Assembly (NCBI GenBank): GCA_002269645.1
Contig: NIVC01001398.1
Location: forward strand, 1-64,000
DNA from: Macrostomum lignano
Taxonomy: Eukaryota
Reading direction: 5' to 3'
DNA: 64,000 bases
Shown here: positions 45,420-56,100 of the stretch, piece by piece
Numbering within the stretch: position 1 is the stretch's first letter
How the letters are laid out: each line of letters opens with the position of its first letter
Notes under the pieces: model-generated
Told to the model about the DNA's origin: nothing
The model's database searches: none
The model's input: the letters and a program-made list of their open reading frames with translations, nothing else
Program-made: the position numbers and the translations under genes

Positions 45420-45548
45420 GGCAGGCTCAGCCAAGCGGCTACTTCGTTAGTTATCTAATTGGAAAGATGTTCTGCTGTCACCAGAAAGGTTGTTGGTTCG
45501 AGTCCAACCTAACGCTCATTCTTGCTGCTGGCGCCATCCTGCCATTTT
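45420..45548 (+). ncRNA. vtRNA: Vault-RNA-like Pol III gene, copy 2 (129 nt), with embedded tRNA-like domain 45444-45516 (anticodon GTC, Asp)
   Basis: 5' GGCAGGCTCAGCCAAGCGGCTACTTCG; 3' GCTGGCGCCATCCTGCC-ATTTT; inner helix AGCGGC/GCTGCT (compensatory relative to copy 1); B box GGTTCGAGTCC; TATAAA at 45386-45391. Confidence 0.78.
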
Positions 45549-46342
45549 CTTCTTGCGTCCAAGCCAAATTTGCCGATATGTATCGAAAGATAATGTAGGC
45601 TCCATGTTCTACTTCCTTCATAAACTCTGGATAAGAGTCAATTTTGCCGATATGTATCGAAAATAAATAAAATAATTTTCGAATTTTCGTCAAGGCTAAA
45701 TTTGCCTATATGTATCGAAAAATATAGTAAGTCCAGGACAAAGCCTCTTGCATGCTGGATTTTCGGGTTAGGCAATGTAAAGTATAGTAGCTTTAAAGAG
45801 AATTTCTAAATACAAGTATATTGTTCGCATGGCAAATTGTTGTTTACTAAAACTAAACAGAAAAGCAAATACTAAGCTGTACAAGTGTGCAAATTTAATA
45901 ATTCAAAACAATTAAACAACTGGCAAGCAAAATTCGAATGCAGCAGCAAGATTATGGACCCAATTTGGGAATAAATATCGAATGGAGGAATCTCGCAGGA
46001 GACCCTATAAAACACAGATGAGAATGGAAGAATTCAACAAATAGACTGGCAGATTGTTCTCAGCAAGTTTTCAATTTTCTATACCGTTTTTAAGGTAGTA
46101 ACTTTACACGGAAATTTTTATAAACACTATCTATAACAATTAGCATATAGAAAGCTACTCTCAGTAGTAGGAATGGAACACGTATTTACAGGAATAGTTT
46201 ATCGCCAACAAAAAAAACTTTTTAAGCGAGCAAACCGTGTGTTCGGCAACGGTTTTGAGAGGGGACAACTAGAAAATAAAAGCATTGACAAGTCGGACTC
46301 GAGACACACACAAACAGGGGGTCACTAGGCTGCTACCAAGCC

Positions 46343-47058
46343 TCAGCTGCTCTGCCCATTGAATCCCACCCTCAGTGATAGGTTGCCAATTATGCCAGCG
46401 TTCACTGTCACGTGGGCTGGCGGAGGCTGCGGCTGCAGCGGCTGCTGCTGCTGATGATAATGATGAGGCTGGTGCGGAGGCTGCGGAAGCTCTGGACTGT
46501 TCAATTCGACCACAGTTTCAGTCGGGCCGCTGCCGCCGCCGCCGCCCCGAGCGCTATGACAGCTCTCCCAGCTGGAGCAGAGCGACGCGGCGTCCCCCTG
46601 CGTTGCTATGGGAACCAAATCGGCGGCCTGAACGTACTCGTTGTCTAAGCAGAGACGTTCGTTGCGCTGCTCCGCCGGCGCCTCCGGCTGCTGCCGCCGC
46701 TGCTGCCGCCGCTGCTGCATCAGAGGGTCGGCCGCCTTGGAGTTTGCCACCAGAGTCTCCGACGGCTGGCGCGGCGCCTTGGAGGCCACGATGCCCTTCA
46801 GCAGGAAGTTCCTCGTGGTCGTTGACGAGGTGCGCGGCTTCGAAGCCGACGAGGATGTCGACGAAGTCGACGTGGACGAAATCGGCTGCCGGGGCTCCGG
46901 CTTGCCGCGCCGGCACCGCGCCGCATCGGCGATGCAGCCGACGCCGATGGCAACGCCGACAACAAAAGCCAGCAAACTAGCGCCGGCCAGGGCGCCGAAG
47001 AAGGCACCGGTGCCGATGCTGGCATCGGACAGTGGGGCGCCGTCCGACTGCTGGCTGA

Positions 47059-47112
<54 letters not shown>

Positions 47113-50100
47113 TGCTGCTGCCTCCGGTGGAGGCGAGCTGACGAGGGCCCTGCGGCTCCTTCGGCGGTCGCAGAGGGAGGCCTCTGCTGCAGGGATCTGC
47201 GTGAAGGACGGAGGGAGGGAGGGGTTAGAACACTTGATTCACCGACCGGTGTCAATTCCCGTCATAGCTATGGTCCCGGGTAGGACCTGGGATGAGACAT
47301 TATTCACTAGTGCTCTTCAGACTGGAGTGCCACTCTCTCAAATCCTCTGAGATTAGCCTGTCACTCTCTCAGATCCCCAGAGATTAGACTGTCACTCTCA
47401 GAGATCTCCCGAGATTAGACTATCACTTTCTCAAATCCTCTGAGATTAGCCTGTCACTCTCTCAGATCCCCAGAGATTAGACTGTCACTCTCCTCGATCC
47501 CCAGAGATTAGACGGTCACTCTCAGAGATCCCCAGAGATTAGACTGTCACTCTCTCAGATCCCCAGAGATTAGACTGTCACTCTCTCAGATCCCCAGAGA
47601 TTAGACTGTCACTCTCCTCGATCCCCAGATATTAGACTGTCACTCTCTCAGATCCCCAGAGATTAGACTGTCACTCTCTCAGATCCCCAGAGATTAGACT
47701 GTCACTCTCTCAGATCCCCAGAGATTAGACTGTCACTCTCTCAGATCCCCAGAGATTAGACAGTCACTCTTTGAGACCCCGGAACTGAAATGCCAATCAG
47801 CCATAGTCTTAAAAGCTACCCGTTGTTAGTGCGAATTTTTAAGGCCCTAAAAGAAGACAGGCCCGCAGTCACGCTGCCCAAGTTGCCGAGGTGTCTGTGT
47901 TTTGCTTTCTCTAGCAGAAACTGTGAGCCACTAAACCACAGCAGCTGGCACGGGATTACACTGGAAAGCTTTCACGCCTGCTGGACAAGTGGCCCGCAGA
48001 TTTCCACCTTTCTTCAACAGCGGGACGCCGCGGTAGGATTTGAATCGAGGAGGCGTTAATCGTCTTAAGGCGGCTTTACCGCTTAGAGAGAGTGTGCTAG
48101 AAAGCCCAGTGGGGGATTAAGACGAGAACCAATTAAGTTCCCTCTCCATCATCCCCGAGCACCTGTTGCAGCTGCAAGGGATCAGGCGATCAGGCAAAAT
48201 GCGCTTGCCTGAAAAATGATCCGAAAATGGATATTCGAACAGATTTTGCCAGAGCTGTGCCCTCGGGGAAGGCCCGGGTCCGTGCGGCCTTGCCGAGGTG
48301 GCGCCAGGAAATTTTAAGGAACTTTTGTGTCAATTCTTTGTTGGAACTCTTATAAATACCGATGTGCTATCTTCATCTCCTCTCAGCATCTCCAATGCTC
48401 TCTTCATCTCTCAGCATCTCCAATGCTCTCTTCATCTCTTCTCAGCATCTCCTGTGCTATCTTCATCTCCTCTCAGCATCTCCAATGCTCTCTTCATCTC
48501 TCAGCATCTCCAATGCTCTCTTCATCTCTTCTCAGCATCTCCTGTGCTCTCTTCATCTCTTCTCGGCATCTCCAGTGCTCTCTTCATCTCTTCTCGGCAT
48601 CTCCTGTGCTCTCTTCATCTCCTCTCAGCATCTCCAGTGCTCTCTTCATCTCCTCTCAGCATCTCCAGTGCTCTCCTATTCCTGCATCTCCTGTGCTCTC
48701 CTCTCCCTGCATCTCCTGTGCTCTCCTCTCCCTGCATCTCCAGTGCTCTCCTCTCCCTGCATCTCCAGTGCTCTCCTCTCCCTGCATCTCCAGTGCTCTC
48801 CTCTCCCTGCATCTGAAGTACTTTTCTCACTCATTATCTACCTTCGATTCCCTACTTCTCCCCCATTATCTACCTATAATTCCCTACTTCTCCCCCATTA
48901 TCTACCTTCAATTGCCTACTTCTCTCTCATTATCTAGCTTCAATTCCCTACTTCTCCCCTACCCACCTTTGATTCTTCCGCCAGTTCCTCTCACTTCCTT
49001 CACCTACCAAGCCGGCATCCGGTAATTGCCTCCCGCAGTCCAGTCAAAGTTTCCCTGTGTCAGCTCTCTTCCCTTTGACCAGGCGGAAGCAGCCGAAGTG
49101 TCTGTCCGCATTTTCAAGCAGCTTTAGTTACCAAGGCGGGCATGATTAACTTCCATCCTATTCTTAGAAAGGCTCTGGAAGCAGCTGGCTTGAAAATTTC
49201 AAGACCGAGAGCGCGCCTGCCCAATGCGAATTGAGGGCGCCGACGCCGTTCAAAACCATTAAGTAGAGGCTGCTTTTTTTAAAGTGCAAAAATGTCAATA
49301 GACTAGCTTTGCATAGATTGTGCCGATTTGTATCGATAGCTATTTTAGTTATCACGTGTGATAACAGCAGTTGTTTGTGATTTTTCTGCTTTGTTTTTCT
49401 GCTACAGGCACACTGGCGGAAGAGATGACTAAGCAGAAAAAGCAACTTCACTGCATTTGCTGGGAGCTCCAATGTCTCCTCTCACTCTCCTTACTCTCCC
49501 AGCACCCCAAATTCTGCCAGAGCCGCAGACAGCTTTAGTAAACAGCCGCAGTGCAGGCCTGCCTCCTTTTGCGTCGAAGTGGCTGGCAGGCAGGCAGGCA
49601 GCCGCTGACTAAGCTGTTGAGGCTCTCGTGGAATCGCTGGGAGGCAAGTACATACGAGTGTATTGGCTGGATGAGATAAGAAAAACTCGGTGTACAATTA
49701 GGTTACAGTAGCATGTCTTCCCAGGGGACATTGCGATACAAAATCTTACGACTATAGGATTGATAAGAGGACATTCTGCAGACGCTTCTCGGATATTAAG
49801 GAAGAGTTGCTGAAAATGGGCTAGGGCTAGGGCTAGAGTTAGAGCTAGGGCTAGGGCTAGGGCTAGGGTTAGGGTTATAGCTAGGGCTAGGGTTAGGGAT
49901 TAGCTAGGGCTAGGGCTAGGGTTAGGGTTATAGCTAGGGCTAGGGTTAGGGTTAGAGCTAGGGCTTGGGCTAGGGTTAGGGTTAGAGCTAAGGCTAGGGC
50001 TAGGGTTAGGGTTAGAGCTAAGGCTAGGGCTAGGGTTAGGGTTGGAGCTAAGGCTAGGGCTAGGGCTAGGGTTAGGGTTTGAGCTAGGGCTAGGGTTAAG

Positions 50101-53100
50101 GCTAGGGTTAAGGCTAGAATTAGGGTTGGGGTTAGGGCCAGGATTCAGCTTCAACTCACGGGAGCTATTCCTGTCCTTGGCGGCGCAAGCAGCCGTCTCA
50201 GTTGCCGCGGCCGCCATCTCCGCCGGAGTCAGGCGAGCCCGCAGGCTGGCCCGATCGGTGCAGCGGCCGGTCCCGTCCGCCGAGGTCGACCAGATGCACA
50301 GAGGGTCGGCCAGGCGTCCGCAGGCCGCGCAGCCGCCGTTGCCACCTTCGCAGCGGGTCAGCGGCAAGGCTGAGACGCCGTCGGGACTGACGGCGAGAAT
50401 TCGGCGATGCCTCAGTAGGAGGGACTCGACCGGCTGGCCGGGCGGCAGAACCTGCAGCGTCTCAACGGCCGTAGGCAGAGTTACGTTGGCGCTCGCAGAG
50501 AGGCGAGTCACTTCGCCTGTGTCTGAGGGATGAGACCGATTCTGGAGCTGCTCACTCAGCCGGGAGAAGTGCTGGCTAAATTTCTAGCTTGTTCACATGG
50601 TCTCTGGTTCACTGTCTCTCTCTAGTTCACTGTCTCTCTCTGGTTCACTGTCTCTCCCTGGTTCACTGTCTCTCTCTAGTTCACTGTCTCTCTCTGGTTC
50701 ACTGTCTCTCTCTAGTTCACTGTCTCTCTCTAGTTCACTGTCTCTCCCTGGTTCACTGTCTCTCTCTAGTTCACTGTCTCTCTCTGGTTCACTGTCTCTC
50801 TCTGGTTCACTGTCTCTCTCTGGTTCACTGTCTCTCTCTGGTTCACTGTCTCTCCCTGGTTCACTGTCTCTCTCTAGTTCACTGTCTCTCTCTAGTTCAC
50901 TGTCTCTCTCTAGTTCACTGTCTCTGTCTAGTTCACTGTCTCTCTCTAGTTCACTGTCTCTCTCTAGTTCACTGTCTCTCTCTAGTTCACTGTCTCTCTC
51001 TAGTTCACTGTCTCTTTAGTTCACTGTCTCTCTCTAGTTCACTGTCTCTCTCTAGTTCACTGTCTCTCTCTAGTTCACTGTCTCTATCTAGTTCACTGTC
51101 TCTCTCTAGTTCACTGTCTCTCTCTAGTTCACTGTCTCTCTCTAGTTCACTGTCTCTGTCTAGTTCACTGTCTCTCTCTAGTTCACTGTCTCTCTCTAGT
51201 TCACTGTCTCTCTCTAGTTCACTGTCTCTCTCTCTAGTTCACTGTCTCTCTCTCTAGTTCACTGTCTCTCTCTAGTTCACTGTCTCTCTCTAGTTCACTG
51301 TCTCTTTAGTTCACTGTCTCTCTCTAGTTCACTGTCTCTCTCTAGTTCACTGTCTCTCTCTAGTTCACTGTCTCTCTCTAGTTCACTGTCTCTTTAGTTC
51401 ACTGTCTCTCTCTAGTTCACTGTCTCTCTCTAGTTCACTGTCTCTCTCTAGTTCACTGTCTCTCTCTAGTTCACTGTCTCTCTCTAGTTCACTGTCTCTC
51501 TCTAGTTCACTGTCTCTTTAGTTCACTGTCTCTCTCTAGTTCACTGTCTCTCTCTAGTTCACTCTCTCTCTCTAGTTCACTGTCTCTCTCTAGTTCACTG
51601 TCTCTGTCTAGTTCACTGTCTCTCTCTGGTTCACTGTCTCTCTCTAGTTCACTGTCTCTCTCTAGTTCACTGTCTCTCTCTAGTTCACTGTCTCTCTCTA
51701 GTTCACTGTCTCTTTAGTTCACTGTCTCTCTCTAGTTCACTGTCTCTCTCTAGTTCACTGTCTCTCTCTAGTTCACTGTCTCTCTCTAGTTCACTGTCTC
51801 TCACTAGTTCACTGTCTCTCACTAGTTCACTGTCTCTCTCTAGTTCACTGTCTCTCTCTAGTTCACTGTCTCTCTCTCTAGTTCACTGTCTCTTTAGTTC
51901 ACTGTCTGATTCTAGTTCACTCTATCTCTCCTCTGTCATTTATTATTTTAAATATTAAAAGTTTAAAGTTTAAATCTAAATATTTTCTAGAATTAATTTT
52001 TTCTATAAACTGCAACAGAAATCCAGGGCAGCCCTTGCCCATGGTAGCGCCCCAACAACAACTGGCCTGGGTGACAGGAGTTCAAACATTTTTCTTATTC
52101 TCTGGTAGCTATGGCAGGCAGACAGCCCTGGACAAGTTGCACTGGATAAATATGAATACAGTTATATAAAAAAGATGCGCTCAGCCAAAAACAGAAACCA
52201 TAACACTCATGGCTTCATGAGTGTGGAACTCGTGGCTTCTGCTCGCAGCAATGAGTAGCAAACGCTGGGTCAGCTGCTTTTAATGTTGATGGAGCGGCGC
52301 CTAGAAACAGACGTGCCGCTCCGCCGGTTGAGAGCTCAGCTCAAGTGTAGGTAAGATTCGAGCGCAGGCCAGTGCGCTGAGAAATTCGAAGAGCACTCCT
52401 CCCTGCCGAGATGCTATCGCTGACTCATCGAGGCCAGAGAGAGAGAGAGAAAAATGAGACTGCGAGATCGGCGCAGAGTTTCTGGCCTGGGAGTGAGAGT
52501 AAGGCGGGGCTGGGGCCACCGCGCCTGCGGCTGGGGCCACTACGGCGATAAGGAAAAGATAGGCGGGCCCAGAGTGGCTCCGGTCTCACTGTTGTCTTTC
52601 TAAAGCAAGCAGGCCTTACTGAATTTTTCAACTACAATTATAGTAAACTAAAATGCTCTAAGCTAGGTTTTTTTCTATCGGTTTAGGCAAAAGTGCTGCT
52701 TTGTTAAAAGGCAAGCTGACACAGAGCCAAAGGCGTCGAATATAGTACATTAACAGTTGTTAGCTCGCTGTCAACAGCCTAAAACTGTTCTGCTTTCGAT
52801 AATCCTGAAGCTTCTCTCAGCCAAGAATATATGGCCATCTTTTCAATCATATTTACCTCCGCTCAAGACAGCAGCTCAAAGCCCCATTCACCCCAGCCCC
52901 ATTCACCATGGCTCCATTCACCATGGCTCCATTCACCCCAGCCCCATTCACCATGGCTCCATTCACCATGGCTCCATTCACCCCAGCCCCATTCACCATG
53001 GCTCCATTCACCATGGCTCCATTCACCCCAGCCCCATTCACCATGGCTCCATTCACCCCAGCCCCATTCACCCCAGCCCCATTCACCACAGCCTCATTCA

Positions 53101-56100
53101 CCCCAGCCCCATTCACCCCAGCCCATTCACCCCAGCTCCATTCACCCCAGCCCCATTCACCCCAGCCCCATTCACCCCAGCCCCATTCACCCCAGCCCCA
53201 TTCACCCCAGCCCATTCACCCCAGCCCCATTTACCCCAGCCCCATTCACCCCAGCCCCATTCACCATGGCTCCATTCACCCCAGCCCCATTCACCCCAGC
53301 CCCATTCACCCCAGCCCCATTCACCCCAGCCTCATTCACCCCAGCCCCATTCACCCCAGTCTCATTCACCCCAGCCTCATTCACCCCAGCCCCATTCACC
53401 CCAGCCCCATTCACCCCAGCCTCATTCACCCCAGCCTCATTCACCCCAGCCCCATTCACCCCAGCCCCATTCACCCCAGCCCCATTCACCCCAGCCTCAT
53501 TCACCCCAGCCCCATTCACCCCAGCCCCGCTCACCCCATCCAACGAGCAGCTGGTCGGTCTCCACCCCGAGCTTCTCCGCCTTCGTCAGGAGCGTCAGAG
53601 CGGTCGGCCGCCTGTCGATCGCAGCCTGCGGCGGCAGCACCGTCAGCGCCTCGGCCAGCATCGGCAGAGCCAGCAGGGAGGCCATCCTGGCCACCAGCAG
53701 GTCGCTCAGGCGGTTCCGCTGCGCATCCTCCGGCGTCCAGGAGCAGTTGAACGGCTCCGACACGTCGCTGCGCCGACGGAAGTTCTCCCGCGACAGGCGG
53801 CTGGCCAGCAAAGGCGACTGCCAGCTCCGCCGGCTCAGCTCGATGAAGTCGCCGTCGCCAGTCAGCAGGCGCTCGGCGTCGGCCAGACGGAAGCGGCAGA
53901 CGGCGCGGAAGCCGCCGGTTGGCGAGTTTTGCGGGGCGAACAGGCCGATGAACTGGCCGTCAGAGACCGGCGTTGCCAGCTCTGTAGTTTGGAAGAAGTT
54001 CAAATTTTAATTCGCTTTTGGTCTTGAGAGTGCCAGTTTGAGTTTGCTGAGCGTCATTTTGAGTTCGGTGAGGTGTCATTTTGAGTTCGGTGAGTGTCAA
54101 TTTCAGTTCGATGAGTGTCATTTTGAGTTCGGTGAGTGTCATTTTTAGTTCGGTGAGGTGTCATTTTGAGTTCGGTGAGTGTCATTTTTAGTTCGATGAG
54201 TGTCATTTTGAGTTCGGTGAGTGTCATTTTTAGTTCGGTGAGTGTCATTTTGAGTTCGGTGAGTGTCATTTTAAATTCGGTGAGGTGTCATTTTTAGTTC
54301 GGTGAGGTGTCATTTTAAATTCGGTGAGGTGTCATTTTGAGTTCGGTGAGTGTCATTTTTAGTTCGGTGAGGTGTCATTTTAAATTCGGTGAGGTGTCAT
54401 TTTGAGTTCGGTGAGTGTCATTTTTAGTTCGGTGAGGTGTCATTTTAAATTCGGTGAGGTGTCATTTTGAGTTCGGTGAGTGTCATTTTGAGTTCGGTGA
54501 GGTGTCATTTTGAGTTCGGTGAGTGTCATTTTGAGTTCGGTGAGGTGTCATTTTGAGTTCGGTGAGTGTCATTTTTAGTTCGGTGAGGTGTCATTTTAAA
54601 TTCGGTGAGGTGTCATTTTGAGTTCGGTGAGTGTCATTTTGAGTTCGGTGAGGTGTCATTTTGAGTTCGGTGAGTGTCATTTTTAGTTCGGTGAGTGTCA
54701 TTTTAAATTCGGTGAGGTGTCATTTTGAGTTCGGTGAGTGTCATTTTGAGTTCGGTGAGTGTCATTTTAAATTCGGTGAGGTGTCATTTTGAGTTCGGTG
54801 AGTGTCATTTTGAGTTCGGTGAGGTGTCATTTTGAGTTCGGTGAGTGTCATTTTTAGTTCGGTGAGTGTCATTTTAAATTCGGTGAGGTGTCATTTTGAG
54901 TTCGGTGAGTGTCATTTTAAATTCGGTGAGGTGTCATTTTGAGTTCGGTGAGTGTCATTTTGAGTTCGGTGAGTGTCATTTTGAGTTCGGTGAGTGTCAT
55001 TTTGAGTTCGGTGAGTGTCATTTTGAGTTCGGTGAGGTGTCATTTTGAGTTCGGTGAGGTGTCATTTTGAGTTCGGTGAGGTGTCATTTTGAGTTTGAAA
55101 AGTGCGAATTTTGAGGTTGGTGAGTTGCCACTTGAGTTCGGTGAGTGCCCTTTTGAGTTCGAAAAGTGGCATTTTGAGTTCAATGAGAGCCATTTTGAGT
55201 TCAGTGAGTGCCATGTTGAATCATAAAACTGCTATATTGGGTTGTAAAAACGCCATTTCGCATCTTCAGACAAAGGAGTATTTAGCTTAGAACATGGCGA
55301 CAGCACCGCCTATGCATTTTCCTTAGCAAATAATCTTCTCTATTCAGCAAAAAACTCCCAATTCTGGACCACACTCCAGCGTCCAACATCCTTAATTTCC
55401 TGCCAAAATTCCCTAAAAAAATTCACGCATTCTCCAAGATCTCTTTCAGCAGACAATACTAACTGCCCCCCATACGTCTCTTCCAATTTCCCGAAAAGCC
55501 TTCACTGCAGCAGAAGACAGACAGAGAAAGAGCCCACAGAAATTTCTTGAATGAGCACGACTCTCTCTGTCTGCTTACTCTGTTTGCTTTTTCCGCCTCA
55601 AGGCCATATTGCGAGTGTTGACTAGCGGTCCAACACTCGGGCACTCATGGCCAGGCGACTCCCCGAACTCGGGCCTGCAACACTCGAATCATGTCCAACA
55701 GGAAACACCAAAATGCACTAATAGTATATCGCTTTGTCTGATATCCCCCTTATCGGTAAGAGCACTATTTATCCCAGCAACACGTTGCAGTGCCTTCATT
55801 CAGGCAGTGAGTTGTACTATCGGGCCTAACGGGACTACACGCAAAGAGATTGTGGTAAATAAAAGCTTACTAATAACTCAATTAGAGAGAAATCTACCTG
55901 TTGCACACTTTTTAGCCATGTGTGAGCCCGACTCAGCTCAGATAAGAGCGTAGGCCCGCTCTCTGTTACCCTCTCTGCCGGCTCTCTGTTACCCTCTCTG
56001 CCGGCTCTCTGTTACCCTCTCTGCCCGCTCTCTGTTACCCTCTCCGTCCGCTTTTTGTTACCCTCTCTGCCGGATCTCTGTTACCCTCTCTGCCCGCTCT

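Noticed and set aside
44992-45516. Two ordinary tRNA genes (Lys-TTT and Asp-GTC)
   Set aside because: They share one non-cognate body, have a 1:72 mismatch and atypical discriminators, and are enclosed in vault-like arms that end at a common terminator. They fit better as domains of larger ncRNAs.
45566-45720. CRISPR-like repeat-spacer array
   Set aside because: Only three repeats, unequal spacers (51 and 35 nt), eukaryotic context and no cas genes.
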